From positions 352,001-416,000 of the forward strand of contig CAVVEU010000008.1 of NCBI GenBank assembly GCA_963747235.1: a stretch of 64,000 nt of DNA, read 5' to 3'. The position numbers and the translations under genes are program-made. Shown here piece by piece: positions 1-13,960 of the stretch. The first letter of the stretch is position 1, and each line of letters begins with the position of its first letter. A model generated the notes under the pieces. The model was not told the DNA's origin. It saw only the letters and a program-made list of their open reading frames with translations, and made no database searches. This stretch comes from an uncultured Candidatus Rokubacteria bacterium. GTDB taxonomy: Bacteria > Methylomirabilota > Methylomirabilia > Rokubacteriales > CSP1-6.

Positions 1-102
1 GAGCGGCGCGGCCACGACCAGATCCAGAAGACCACCGATCGGTTCACCGCCAAGATCGATGAGCTGGCGAAGAAGAAGGAGCAGGAAGTGATGACGGTGT
101 AG
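1..102 (+). CDS. frr: Ribosome recycling factor, 3' end (partial)
   Basis: Frame 1 reads ...DQIQKTTDRFTAKIDELAKKKEQEVMTV*, typical RRF C-terminus; directly upstream of uppS. Confidence 0.9.
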   Translation, partial: ERRGHDQIQKTTDRFTAKIDELAKKKEQEVMTV

Positions 103-148
103 TCACCGGCGACGCGTGTCCGCCACGAATGTCCGCGGACTGGGGGAG

Positions 149-175
149 TGCGGGGGCCATGTGTGGGCCCCCGCA
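149..175. repeat. Intergenic inverted repeat (10-bp stem)
   Basis: TGCGGGGGCC-ATGTGTG-GGCCCCCGCA; no U-tract. Confidence 0.6.
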
Positions 176-307
176 TATGGAGAGTTTGAAGAAGTAGACG
201 GTCGTGAGCCTCGGATGTCCGCAATCCCGCGAAATCCCAGCAAGATTCGGGCCTGAGCGGCCGATTTTCCTGGCAATTCCGGGGGGGCTCACGTAACATG
301 ACCTGAT

Positions 308-1092
308 ATGGCGGCGAAGGCCGGGATCTCCGCGGCGGTGTCAGAGCTGTCGACGCTCCACGAGGACGATCTCCGGCAGCGCATCCTCGCCCGCCCGCTC
401 CCGCGCCACGTCGCGGTCATCATGGACGGCAACGGCCGGTGGGCCACCAACCGCGGCCTGCCGCGCGTGGCCGGGCACGGCGAGGGCGTGAAGTCGGTGC
501 GGGCGATCGTCCGCACCGCGGGCGAGCTCGGGATCGAGTTCCTCACCCTCTACGCGTTCTCCTCGGAGAACTGGAACCGGCCGCACCAGGAGGTGTCCAC
601 GCTGATGACCCTGCTCGAGCGCTCCATCGAGCGCGAGCTGCCCGAGCTCATGGAGCGCAACGTGCGCTTCCGGGTGATCGGGCGCGCCGGACGGGGTGCC
701 CGCGCGGGTGGGCGAGCGCATCGAGCGGCTCATCGAGACGACCTCGCGCAACACCGGCCTCACCCTGCTCATGGCCTTCAACTACGGCGGCCGCGACGAG
801 CTGGTGGACGCGTGCCGCGCGCTCGCGCGCGAGGTGCAGAGCGGACGGCTGCGGCCGGAGGACATCGACGAGGTGCGCGTCGTCCCGCGCGCTCTACACC
901 GACGGCATCCCCGATCCGGACCTGCTCATCCGCACGAGCGGGGAGCTGCGCCTGTCCAACTTCCTCCTGTGGCAGGTCGCCTACACCGAGCTGTGGATGA
1001 CGCCGACCCTCTGGCCGGATTTCGGCGCGCGCGAGTTCTATCTCGCGGTCGCCGACTTCCAGCAGCGGGACCGCCGCTTCGGACGGGTCTGA
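308..1092 (+). CDS. uppS: Undecaprenyl diphosphate synthase (frameshifted)
   Basis: [50 protein letters not shown] spread over 3 frames. Confidence 0.95.
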
Positions 1093-1964
1093 TGGCGCGG
1101 GCGCAGGGCGTGCCGCTCGCCGGCCCGGTGGAGCAGACCGTCCCGTCCCACGGCGGAGGTCTCGTGCGCCGGCTTCTCAGCACGCTGATCCTGCTGCCCC
1201 TCTTCGTGTGGATGGTGGCGAGCGGCCCGGTGTGGCTCTTCGGGGCGGTCATGGTGCTCGCGGGCGCGCTCGGCCAGTGGGAGTTCACCGGGATGTTCGA
1301 GCGGGCGGGCGTGCGGACCTTCCGCGTGCTCGGGCTGGTGGGCGGCTCGCTCGTGACCGCGAGCTTCGCGCTGCCGGTCTCCGAGCGGCTGGCGTTCACC
1401 GCGGTGTTGCTCGCCCTGCTCACGGTCGGGCTGCTGCGGCCCCAGGAGAATCGCCCGGTCTGGGAGCCGGTGGCGATCACTCTGTTCGGCGTCTGCTACG
1501 TGAACTGGCTCCTCGGCTACACCTTCTGGCTGCGCGATCTGCGAGACCGGCCGCGAGTGGATCCTGCTCCTGGTCTCGGTCACGTGGCTCGGCGAGACCG
1601 CCGCGTACCTGGTGGGCTCGCACGATGGGCCGCCACAAGCTCGCCCCCGCGATCAGCCCCCGCAAGACGGTGGAGGGCGCGCTCGCCCAGCTCGTGATGT
1701 CGGTGCTCGCCGCGCTGGGCGCGCGCGCGACGTTCTTCCCCGCGCTCTCGCTCGAGCGACGCGGTCGTGGTCGGGCTCCTGCTCGGCGTGGTGGGCCAGG
1801 TCGGCGATCTCGTCGAGTCCGCCATCAAGCGGAGCGTCGGCACCAAGGACACCGGGCGGCTCATCCCCGGGCACGGCGGGATGCTCGACCGCATGGACAG
1901 CCTCCTCTTCAACACGCCGGTCCTCTTCTACTACGCGACGTACGCGAGGTCCCTGGGCGCATGA
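1092..1964 (+). CDS. cdsA: Phosphatidate cytidylyltransferase (frameshifted)
   Basis: Hydrophobic; ISPRKTVEG and GDLVESAIKRSVGTKDTGRLIPGHGGMLDRMDS. Confidence 0.95.
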
Positions 1965-3136
1965 AACGGCTGATCGTGCTGGGAGTGACCGGCTCCGTGG
2001 GGCGGCGCGCGCTCGAGCTGGTCGAGCATTTCCCCGACGAGTTCCGCGTGGAGGGCATGGCGGCCCGCGGCTCCAACCCGGAGCTGCTCGCGGAGCTCTG
2101 CCGCCGTCACCGGCCCCGCGCCCTCGCCCTGGCCGACGCGCGGCGATCGACGTGGTGGCGCGCGCGCTGGGGTCCTCGCGCCCCGAGCTCCTCGCCGGCG
2201 CCCGCCGGCATCGTGACGCTCGCCGGCGAGGTCGAGGCCGACGTGGTGCTCTCCGCCATCGTGGGCGGGGCGGGGCTCCTGCCCACCATGGCCGCGATCG
2301 AGAGCGGCAAGAGCCATCGCGCTCGCCAACAAGGAAACGCTGGTGATGGCGGGCAGCCTGATGACCGCGGCGGCCCGCGAGCGCGGCGTGCCGCTGCTGC
2401 CGGTGGATTCCGAGCACAGCGCGGTCTTCCAGTGCCTCGAGGGCCACAACCGCGCCGAGGTGCACCGGATCCTGCTCACCGCGTCGGGCGGGCCGTTCCG
2501 GACGATGAAGGCGGCGGACCTCGCGAAGGTCACGGTGGAGGAGGCGCTGAACCATCCGACGTGGAGGATGGGCGCCAAGATCACGGTGGACTCGGCCACG
2601 CTCATGAACAAGGGGCTCGAGGTCATCGAGGCGCGCTGGCTCTTCGACCTCCCGCCCGAGCAGGTGCAGGTGGTGGTGCACCCGCAGTCCATCGTCCACT
2701 CGCATGGTCGAGTACGTGGACGGCTCGGTCATCGCCCAGCTCGGCGTGGCCGACATGGGCATCCCGATCCTCTACGCGCTGACGTATCCCGCAGCGCCTG
2801 CCCTGTCCGGCGGAGCGCCTGGATCTCACCCGGGTCGGGCCGCTCACCTTCGAGGAGCCGGACGTCGAGCGCTTCCCGTGCCTGGACCTGGCGCGGCAGG
2901 CCCTGCTCGAGGGCGGCTGCGCGCCGGTCATCCTCAACGCGGCCAACGAGATCGCGGTCGCCGCGTTCCTCGAAGGCCGCATCCGCGTTCACCCAGATCC
3001 CCGAGCTGATCGCGGAAGCGCTGGCGCGGGTGCCCGCGCGGGCGCTCGACAGCATCGACACGTGCGTGGACGTTGACACCCGGACGCGCGGCGGCGGTGC
3101 GGGACTGGCTGCCCGGCGGGGTCGCGGCCGCGATGA
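1961..3136 (+). CDS. dxr: 1-deoxy-D-xylulose 5-phosphate reductoisomerase (frameshifted, end approximate)
   Basis: [47 protein letters not shown]. Confidence 0.95.
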
Positions 3137-3149
3137 GATAGGGAGCCTC

Positions 3150-4526
3150 ATGGCGACGGTGCAGATGCTCGTCTCGTTCGTGGTGGTCCTCGGCATCCTC
3201 ATCATCGTGCACGAGCTCGGCCACTTCATCGTGGCCCGGCTCTGCGGGGTGGGCGTCGAGCGGTTCTCGGTCGGCTTCGGCCCCGTGCTCTGGCGGTTCC
3301 GGGGCAAGGAGACCGAGTACTGCCTGTCCGCTGATCCCGATGGGCGGCTACGTGAAGATGATGGGCGACGACGAGAACCCGCTCGAGGGCGGCAAGGCGG
3401 CCACGATGGATCCGGCCAGGCCTTCAACGGCAAGCCGCTCGCGGCCCGCTTCCTGATCGTGTTCGCGGGGCCCGCGATGAACTTCGTGCTCGCCGTCGCT
3501 CATCGCCGCGCTCGATGTTCATGTTCATCGGCCGGCCGGTGGCGCCCGCCGAGGTCGGGCGCGTGACCGAGGGCGGGCCCGCCGCGCAGGCCGGGCTCCG
3601 GACCGGCGACCGCATCGTCGCGGTGGACGGCAAGCCGGTGCAGTACTGGGAGGAGCTGGCCCGCGTGGTCCAGGACCGCCCCGGCGCCCGCTCGAGCTCG
3701 CGGTGCAAGGACGTGACGGCGCGCAGCGCAAGGTCGCGCTGACCCCGGTGCAGGCCAAGCGCAAGGATCTCTTCGGCGACGAGCAGGACGTGTGGGAGGT
3801 CGGCGCCTCACCGTACCTGGCGCCCGCCATCGGCGACGTCGTCCCGGGCGATCCCGCCGAGCAGGCGGGGCTCAAGGCCGGCGACGTCGTGGTCGCGCTC
3901 GAGGGCCAGCCGGTCATGTCCTGGGACGAGCTGGCCGAGAAGATCCACCAGCGCGCGGGCCAGCCGACGCGGCTCGAGGTCAAGCGCGGGACCGAGACGC
4001 TCACGATCACGGTGACGCCCAAGAAGGGCAAGGTCCCGGGCCCCGACGGCAAGGAGATGGAGGTCGGCGCTCGTCGGGATCCGCCCGGGCGGCGGCCACC
4101 ATGTTCGTCCGCTCGAACCCGTTCTCCGCGATGTGGGAAGGCCTCGCGTGGTCCACCGACGTCACGGTCAAGACCGCCATCGGCCTCTACAAGATCGTGG
4201 TCGGCCAGCTCGACCGGAGCAATATCGGCGGCCCGATCCAGATCGCCAAGACCGCGGGCGAGCAGGCGCGCCAGGGCATCGTCGAGCCTCGCGCTCTTCA
4301 CCGCGGTGATCAGCGTCAACCTGTTCCTGCTCAACCTCTTGCCGGTGCCGATGCTCGACGGCGGCCACCTGCTCTTCTTCGCCTTCGAGGCGGTGCTGGG
4401 CCGGCCGCTCTCGGTGCGCAAGCGCGAGGTCGCCCAGCAGGTCGGGCTTCGTCGCTGCTCATGCTGCTCATGGTGTACGCGTTCTACAACGACTCTCACG
4501 GCATCGACGGATCGGACTCTTCGTGA
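3150..4526 (+). CDS. rseP: RIP metalloprotease RseP with PDZ domains (frameshifted)
   Basis: HELGH, FSVGFG, AGPAMN, two PDZ-like segments, [12 protein letters not shown]. Confidence 0.93.
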
Positions 4527-4534
4527 TAGGGATC

Positions 4535-4868
4535 ATGGGCCAGTACGCGCGGCACGTGTTCGTGTGCACGTCGGGCGATACCTGCCCCGCGCAGGGCGAC
4601 GTCGAGAAGTACGTCAAGACGCTGCGGGCGGGCGTCGTCACCGCGGGCCGGCAGGCCGAGGTCCGCGTCAACAAGGCGGGCTGCTTCTCGCAGTGCGGCC
4701 ACGGCCCCATGATCGTGGTGTACCCGGAGAACGTCTGGTACGCGGGCGTCCAGGAGTCCGACCTCCAGGAGATCCTCGAGTCGCACATCCTGGGCGGGGA
4801 GCCGGTCAAGCGGCTGATCTACGATCCGGGCGTGCCCGGGCGCCAACAAGGTCAAGGCGGCGCCGTAG
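4535..4868 (+). CDS. Thioredoxin-like [2Fe-2S] ferredoxin
   Basis: HVFVCTSGDTC...KAGCFSQCGHGPMIVVYPENVWY. Confidence 0.85.
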
Positions 4869-4871
4869 TCC

Positions 4872-6576
4872 ATGCGCTGGACCCGGTCGCTCATCCCCAC
4901 GCTCCGGGAGGATCCCGCCGACGCCGAGGCGATCAGCCACAAGCTCATGGTGCGCGCCGGGCTCGTCCGCCAGCTCGCCGCCGGCATCTACGTCTACCTC
5001 CCGCTCGGCCAGCGCGTGATCGAGAAGGTCAACGCGATCATCCGCGAGGAGATGAACGGCATCGGCGGGCAGGAGATCGACGATGCCGGTGCTCCATCCC
5101 GCCGAGATCTGGCAGCAGTCCGGGCGCTGGGACGTGATCGGCGGGGAGATGTTCCGGCTCAAGGACCGCAACGGGCGCGACATGTGCCTCGGCATGACCC
5201 ACGAGGAGGTCATCGCCTGGCTCGCCGCCCGCGAGATCCGCTCCTACCGCGACCTGCCGCAGATCTGGTACCAGATCCAGACCAAGGAGCGGGACGAGGC
5301 GCGGCCGCGCTCGGGCGTGCTGCGCACGCGCGAGTTCCTGATGAAGGACTCCTACACGCTCGATCCCGACGCGGCCGCGCTCGAGTCTCCTACAACGCCC
5401 ACAAGGACGGCCTACTGCCGCATCTTCGACCGCTGCGGGATCACGCTACGTCGTCGTGCAGTCGGATCCCGGCATGATGGGCGGCTCGGGCTCGCACGAG
5501 TTCATGGCCCCGCGCGCGGCCGGCGAGGACGACGTGGCGCTCTGCGACGCCTGCGGCTACGCGGCCAACGTGGAGCTGGCCCGCGGCGTGCCGAGCCCGC
5601 CGGCCGCCGGCGAACGGCCGGAAGCGACGAGGTCGCGACGCCCGGGGCCCGCACCATCGCCGAGGTGTCGGCCCAGCTCAAGATCGATCCGGCCGCCACC
5701 ATCAAGTCGCTGGTCTTCATGGGCCCCGACGGGCCGGTGCTGGTGCTCGTGCGGGGCGACCACACGCTCCACGAGCGCAAGCTCGCCCGCGCGCTCAAGG
5801 CGGAAGCCCGCCCGGCGCACCCGGACGAGGTCCAGCAGCATCTCGGCGTGGCCCCGGGCTCGATCGGGCCGGTGGGTGTCCGCGGCGTCGCGGATCATCG
5901 CCGACGAGTCGCTGCGCGAGCGGCCGCTACGTGGTCGGCGCCAACCGCGAGGGCTTCCATCTGACCGGGGTGACGCCCGGGCCAGGACTTCGCGTGCGAG
6001 TGGGCGGACCTGCAGGTGGCCCTGGCCGGGCGAGGGGTGTCCCACCTGCGGCAAGCCGCTCCGGATCGAGCGGGTGATCGAGGTGGGCAATATCTTCAAG
6101 CTCGGCACCAAGTACTCGGTGCCCGCTGGGGGCCACCTACCTCGACGAGCAGGGCCAGCAGCAGCCGATCGTGATGGGCTCCTACGGCATCGGGCCGGCC
6201 CGGATCGCGGCGGCGGCGGTGGAGCAGCGCCACGACGCCGACGGCATCGTCTGGCCCTGGGCCATCGCTCCCTTCCACGTGCACCTGGTGCCGGTGGCGG
6301 TCAAGGATGCCGCGCAGATGGCCGCGGCCGAGGAGATCTATCGGGAGCTCCGGGCGGCCGGCTTCGACGTCCTCATGGACGACCGGGACGAGCGGGCCGG
6401 GGTCAAGTTCAAGGACGCCGACCTGCTCGGGATGCCCGATCCGGGTGACCGTCGGCAATGCCCTCGCCAAGGAGGGCGTGGTCGAGATGCGCGAGCGCGG
6501 CACCCGGGCCGACCGCCGGGTGCCCAAGGCCGAGGTCGTCGCGACCGTCCGGGAGATGGCGCAAACGATTTCATAA
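4872..6576 (+). CDS. proS: Proline--tRNA ligase with editing domain (frameshifted)
   Basis: [57 protein letters not shown]. Confidence 0.95.
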
Positions 6577-6607
6577 GCCGACCCACCCTCCGGGCGCCCT
6601 GCAGCGC

Positions 6608-6636
6608 TTGCGGGGGCCCAATCGCTGTGCTAAAGT
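6608..6636 (+). promoter_or_regulatory. Sigma70-type promoter of the rimP-nusA-infB operon
   Basis: TTGCGG-17 bp-TAAAGT with extended TGn. Confidence 0.6.
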
Positions 6637-6640
6637 CCTG

Positions 6641-6670
6641 AAAAAAGTGGGCCGCCGCCCACTTTTTTTT
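6641..6670 (+). terminator. rimP leader hairpin / intrinsic terminator
   Basis: AAAAAAGTGGGC-CGCC-GCCCACTTTTTTTT between promoter and rimP ATG. Confidence 0.85.
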
Positions 6671-6684
6671 GTGGGGGTGGCGGC

Positions 6685-7169
6685 ATGGCGGAAGATGCAC
6701 AGTGGCTCGACCGGATCGAGGCGGTCGTGGCAGCCTGTGCTCGCCTCGCGCGGCCTGAATCTGGTCGACAGCGAGTGGCGCCGTGAAGGCCGGCGCTGGG
6801 TGCTTCGCCTCTTCGTGGACAAGCCGGGCGGCGTGGGCATCGCCGATTGCCAGGCGTTCAGCCGGGAGGCCGGCGACGTGCTCGATGTGTCCGGACTCAT
6901 CGAGCCCTCCTACGATCTCGAAGTGTCCTCGCCGGGGCTCGACCGGGTAGCTGAGGAAGGATCGTGAGTTCGCCTGGGCGGTCGGCCGGACGTGCAGTGC
7001 TGGGTGCGCGAGGCCATGGACGGGCGCACGGAGTTCGCGGGCAAGCTCCTGGAGGTGTCGCCGGGCCGAGCCCTGACCTTGGAGGAAACGGTGGGCACGC
7101 GGCGCGAGATTCCGCGCCGCTGGTGACGAAGGCGCGGCTGGAAGTCGTGGCGTTCGGGCGGGTGAAGCG

Positions 7170-7173
<4 letters not shown>
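6685..7173 (+). CDS. rimP: Ribosome maturation factor RimP (frameshifted)
   Basis: [28 protein letters not shown]; upstream of nusA. Confidence 0.93.
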
Positions 7174-8546
<1,373 letters not shown>

Positions 8547-8550
<4 letters not shown>

Positions 8551-8822
8551 AGCGGGCGAAGCGCCCGCCTCAGCGCACCTGCATCGGCTGTCGCGTGGTG
8601 CGGGCGAAGGCGGAGTTGATCCGGCTGGTGCGGGATGCCGCCGGGGGGGTGACGGTGGATCGCGATGGGCGCGCGGCGGGGCGCGGCGCGTATGTGTGCG
8701 CCACGACCGAGTGCGTGGAGAAGGCGCTGCAGGCGGGGCGGCTGGGGCATGCGTTCAAGGGGGCGAGCCGCCCGCCGCAGGAGCCCGCGGTGGTCATTCT
8801 GGCGAGTTGGCCGAGGAGGTAG
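8547..8822 (+). CDS. ylxR: YlxR/RnpM family (DUF448) protein; start uncertain, possibly CTG
   Basis: PQRTCIGCR...LIRLVR...GRGAYVC. Confidence 0.88.
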
Positions 8823-8827
8823 CGCGC

Positions 8828-11372
8828 GTGGCGGCACGGGTCAAGGTCATCGATCTGGCGAAGGAGCTGGGCGTCACCAGCAAGGATTTGATCGTGGCGC
8901 TCGAAGGCATGGGCCACAAGGGCATGCGGGCCATGAGCCCTCTCCTCGCCGCGACGGCCAACGAGCTGCGGGTCAAGCTGGGCCGCGGACGCGATCTGCC
9001 CGCCGAGGCCAAGCCCAAGCGCGCGCCCAAGCCGAAGGCGGCCGAGGGCGACGCGCCCGCGACCGCGCCGAAGAAGAAGGCGGCGAGCACGAAGAAGGGC
9101 GCCGCGAAGTCGGTCGAGGAGACGCCCGAGGTCATCGAGCTGGCCCCGGCGCCCGCTCTCGACGTGGTGAAGCCGGCCGCGACCATCTTCCGGCCCGGCC
9201 CTCCGCCGTCCCGCCCGCGCCGCCGGCCGAGATCGTCCCGATTCCGCCCGTGGTCCCCACCGCCGCGTCGATCGCGCCGTCCGCCGCGCCGCCCCGGCCC
9301 GCGACCCCGCCGGCCCCCGCGCCGGTCGTCCGGCCAGCCGCGGCGGCCCCGCCGGTCGAGCTGAGGCCCGCGCCCCCGGTGCGCCGCGCGCCGGTACCGC
9401 CGCCGCTGAATCCGCCGCGCACGGTGATCTCGCCGCCGCGCCCCGCCGCGCCGCCGGCGCCGCTACGCCCGGCCGTGCCGGTACGCCCGGCGGCGGCCGC
9501 AGTCGCCGCTCCGGCTGCGCCGGTCGCCCCGGCCCCGATCCTCGCGCCGCCGCTGGCGCCGCCCCCTGCGCCCGCGGCTACCGGGCGGGGCTCTGCCGCC
9601 TCCGCCCGAGCCGCCGCAGGAGATCAAGCGCGAGCTGATCAAGCTGCCGGAGTCCGTCACGGTGGGCGAGCTGGCCGCCGCGATGCGCCACAAGACCACG
9701 GAGGTGATCAAGGCCCTGGTCGACCTGGGGGTGATGGCCACCGTCAACGAGGTGCTCGATCCGACCGCGGCCAAGCTGGTCGCCGACAAGTTCCACTTCG
9801 ACGTGCAGGTCCGCTCGATCGAGGGCGACGTGCTCGAGGAGGAGGAGTCCGATCCGGCGCAGATGCGCCCGCGGCCGCCGGTGGTGACCGTGATGGGCCA
9901 CGTCGACCACGGCAAGACCTCGCTGCTCGACGCGATCCGCACCACCAAGGTGGCGGAGCGCGAGTTCGGCGGCATCACCCAGCACATCGGCGCCTACCAG
10001 GTGGACACGAGCCACGGCAAGGTCACCTTCCTCGACACCCCGGGCCACGAGGCGTTCACCGCGATGCGCGCCCGCGGAGCCCAGGCGACCGACATGGTGG
10101 TCCTGGTCGTCGCGGCCGACGACGGGGTGATGCCCCAGACGGTGGAGGCGATCAACCACGCCAAGGCGGCCAACGTGCCGATCCTCGTCGCGGTGAACAA
10201 GATCGACAAGCCGGGCTCCGATCCGGACCGGGTCAAGCGCGAGCTGTCCAATCACGGCCTCGTGCCGGAAGACTGGGGCGGGCAGACCATCTTCATCCAC
10301 ACCTCGGCCAAGCGCGGCGACGGCATCGCGCAGCTCCTCGAGATGACCGCGCTCCAGGCCGAGATCCTCGAGCTGCGCGCCAATCCGAACCGGGCCGGGC
10401 GCGGCGTGATCGTGGAAGGCCGGCTCGATCGGGGCCGCGGCCCGGTGGCCACCGCGCTGATCCAGTCGGGCACGCTCAAGGAAGGCGACGCGGTGGTGGT
10501 CGGCTCGCACTCCGGCCGCGTGCGCGCCATGTTCAACGACCGCGGCAAGAAGGTGCAGAGCGCGGGCCCGTCCGATCCGGTCGAGATCCTGGGCCTCTCC
10601 GGCGTGCCGCAGGCGGGCGACACGATGCTGGTGGTCGCCGACGAGCGCAAGGCGCGGCAGATCGCCACCGTGCGCAGCGAGCGCGACCGGCTCAAGGGCA
10701 AGAGCACGACGCGGATCACCCTCGAGGACCTGCACAAGCAGATCGAGGCGGGCGAGGTCAAGGAGCTGCGCCTCGTGCTCAAGGCCGACGTGCAGGGCTC
10801 GGTGGAAGCGCTGACCGAGTCGCTCGAGCGGCTCTCCACCGACGAGGTCAAGCTCAAGGTCATCCACAGCTCGGTGGGCACGGTGACCGAGTCGGACGTG
10901 ATGCTCGCGTCCGCGTCCAACGCCATCGTGCTCGGCTTCAACGTCAAGGCCGACCCCAAGGCGGCGACGCCAGGCCCAGGCCAACGGCGTGGACATGCGC
11001 AGCTACAACGTCATCTACGACGCGATCAACGACGTGCGGGCGGCGCTCTCCGGCATGCTGGCCCCCGAGATCCGCGAGATGGTGCTGGGCCGGGCCCAGG
11101 TGCGCCAGCTCTTCCCCATCACCAAGGTCGGGACCATCTACGGGTCGTCGGTCACCGAGGGCAAGATGGTGCGCGGCGCCCGCGTCCGCATCAAGCGCGG
11201 CGAGACCCTGCTGGGCGAGGGCGTCATCAGCTCGCTCAAGCGGTTCAAGGACGACGTCCGCGAGGTGCTGCAGGGGCTCGAGTGCGGCATCGGCGTCGAG
11301 GGGATCAAGGGCGTGCAGCCCAACGACGTCATCGAGGCCTTCAGCACGGAGGAGGTCGCCCGGACGCTCTAG
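8828..11372 (+). CDS. infB: Translation initiation factor IF-2 (frameshifted)
   Basis: [55 protein letters not shown]; Pro/Ala-rich N-terminal linker. Confidence 0.97.
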
Positions 11373-11393
11373 CGTCGAAGGGGGTCTCGACCA

Positions 11394-11684
11394 GTGTCGG
11401 GAGCGCGGGTGGCGGTGGGCACGGTCGAGCTGCACCTGCCGGACGTCGGGTCGCTCAAGGGCAAGCGCCACGTCGCTGAAGGGCCTCAAGGACACGCTCC
11501 GCCGGCGCTTCGAGATCTCCGTCGCCGAGGTGGATCACCACGACGTGTGGCAGCGCGCGACCCTGGCCTGGCCTGCGTCTCGGGCGACTCCCGCCACGCC
11601 AACGAAGTCATCTCCAAGGCCATGGACTACATCGAGGACCACGTGGACGGCTAGGTCACCGACATCCAGGTGGAGATTCTATAG
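11394..11684 (+). CDS. DUF503 (YlxP) family protein (indels, in-frame TAG at 11652)
   Basis: [14 protein letters not shown]...[17 protein letters not shown]; between infB and rbfA. Confidence 0.85.
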
Positions 11685-11686
11685 AC

Positions 11687-12057
11687 ATGCAAGGCAAGCG
11701 GCTCGTAGCGCGTCAATCAGCTCATCAAGGAGGAGATCTCCGCTGGTCGTGCAGCGGCAGCTCAAGGACCCGCGGCTCGGGTTCGTGACCGTGACCGAGG
11801 TGGACACGACCCCGGATCTCAAGCACGCCAAGGTCTTCGTCTCGGTGCTGGGACCGGACGCGCAGTGGGCCACCTCGTTCAAGGCGCTCGAGAGCGCGCG
11901 GGGCTTCGTCTGGAGCTGGCTGCGCCGCCACCTCGACCTGCGGGTGACGCCCGAGATCATGTTCCGCCCCGACCGGTCCATGGAGCACGCCGCGCACATC
12001 CAGGCGCTCCTCGCCGATCTCAAGCGATCCGAAGCGTCGTCGGAGAGCGAGGAGTGA
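11687..12057 (+). CDS. rbfA: Ribosome-binding factor A (frameshifted)
   Basis: LKDPRLGFVTVTEVDTTPDLKHAKVFVS...LRVTPEIMF. Confidence 0.93.
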
Positions 12058-13045
12058 GCGTCACGGTCGTCGCGCCGGAGCCGCCGGCCCAGCTCGTGGA
12101 CCTGCTCGCGGGGCCGCGCGGCTCCGCGCTGATGCTGGGCCACGTCCATCCGGACGGTGACGTGCTCGGCACGCTGCTGGGCCTGGGGCTCGCCATGGAG
12201 AAGGCGGGCTGGACGGTGACCTTCGGCGGCCCCGACCCGGTGCCCGACGTGCTCGACTTCCTCCCGGGCGCGGACCGCTGGCAGGTGTGGCGCACCGCCC
12301 CCGGAACGTTCGACACCATCGTGCTGACCGACTGTCCCAACGACGGGCGCACCGAGGGGCTCCTCGCGGGCGTCCGCGGCCCGGCCAGCCGGGTGCTCAA
12401 CATCGACCACCACCCGGACAACCGCCGCTACGGGACGCTGAACTGGATCGATCCCTCCGCGGCCGCCGTCGGGGAGATGATCTACGACCTGCTCACCGCG
12501 CTCGGGTGGCCGATCGGCCGTGACGTCGCGCTCGACCTCTACACCGCGATCCACACCGACACCGGGTCGTTCCGCTACTCGAACACGACGCCGCGCACCT
12601 TCCGGATCGCGGGCGCGCTCACCGCGGCGGGCGCCGAGCCCGCGCTCGTGACGGACCGGCTCTACCAGCGGCGCCCCCAGGACGCGCTGCTCACCCTGGG
12701 CAGCCTGCTGAGCCGGGTCGAGGTCAGCGAGGACGGGCGCATCGCGGCGCTCACCGTGCCCGAGGGCGCGGCCTCCGAGGCCTTCATGGCCGCCGAGGAT
12801 CTCGTGACCTATCCGCGCTCCATCGCGGGCGTCAAGGTGGCGGTGCTCCTCCGCGCGGAGGCCGACGGCCGCGTGAAGGCGAGCCTCCGCGGCAAGGGCG
12901 ACGTGCCGGTCAACCGCATCGCGCACCGTTCGGCGGCGGCGGCCACGAGAACGCGGCGGGCTGCACACTGCCCGGCCCGCTCGCGTCCGCGAAGGCCACG
13001 CTGCTCGCGGCGGTGAGGCAGGCCCTCGACGGCCCGCCGTCGTGA
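12054..13045 (+). CDS. nrnA: DHH family oligoribonuclease/pAp phosphatase
   Basis: HVHPDGD, NIDHH, TDTGSFRYSNT, KASLR, GGGH. Confidence 0.9.
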
Positions 13046-13960
13046 GCGATCGCCACCGCGCCGGCATCCTGCCGGTCGAGAAGGGCCCGGGCGTCACCTC
13101 GTTCCAGGTGGTGGCCCACCTGCGACGCGTCCTGCGGGCGCCGCGCATCGGGCACGGCGGCACGCTCGATCCCGCCGCCACCGGGGTGCTGCCCATCCTG
13201 ATCGGGGAAGCGACCAAGCTGACGCCGTACCTGGTGGACCTGGACAAGGAGTACGTGGCCACCGTCCGCCTGGGCGTCACCACCGAGACCCAGGATCTCT
13301 CGGGCGCGGTGGTCGAGACGCGTCCGGTCCCCGCGCTCGACGCGCCCGCCATCGAGGCCGCGCTCGCGCCGTTCGTCGGCCGCATCCAGCAGGTGCCGCC
13401 CATGTACTCGGCGCTCCACCGGGACGGCAAGCGTCTCTACGAGCTGGCCCGGCAGGGGGTCGAGGTGGAGCGCGAGCCGCGCGAGGTCGTCGTGCACTCG
13501 ATCCGGCTCGAGTCGGTCGCGCTCCCGGACTTCGTCATCCGCATCCGGTGCGGCAAGGGCACGTACGTGCGCACGCTCGCCGCGGACGTGGGCGCCGCGC
13601 TGGGCTGTGGCGCGCGCCCTGGCCGGGCTCGTCCGCACCCGGGTGGGGCCGTACGCGCTCGAGGCCGCCGTCACCTGGGACGAGGTCCGCGAGGCCCGCG
13701 CCGGCGAGCGGCTCTGGGCGCGGCTGCTGCCGCCCGACAGCGCGCTGGCCGGGCTGGGCGCGGTGCGGCTCGACGCGGACGGAACCCGCGCCTTCGCGCA
13801 CGGGCAGGCGGCGGCGATCGGCGAGCGCGTGAGCGGCCTGGTCCGCGTGTACGGCCCCGACGGCGGCCTGCTCGGAGTGGGGCAGGGGCTCGGCGACCGA
13901 GTGAAGCCCGAACGGCTCCTCCATGCGGATCCTCCGCGACCTTCCGTCCTTCCCGCCTGA
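13042..13960 (+). CDS. truB: tRNA pseudouridine(55) synthase
   Basis: GHGGTLDPAATGVL, PPMYSAL, CGKGTYVRTLAAD. Confidence 0.95.

Noticed and set aside
9190-9620. Pro/Ala-rich low-complexity stretch as a separate repeat element
   Set aside because: Ordinary IF-2 N-terminal linker.
9578-10996. Long antisense ORFs (also 32672-35641 and 59451-61565)
   Set aside because: Shadow ORFs opposite recognised genes with no motifs of their own.
11652-11654. In-frame TAG in the DUF503 gene as amber recoding
   Set aside because: Single case in an error-rich stretch; TAG is the normal stop of frr, infB, purS, purQ and nrdR; no pyl genes seen.
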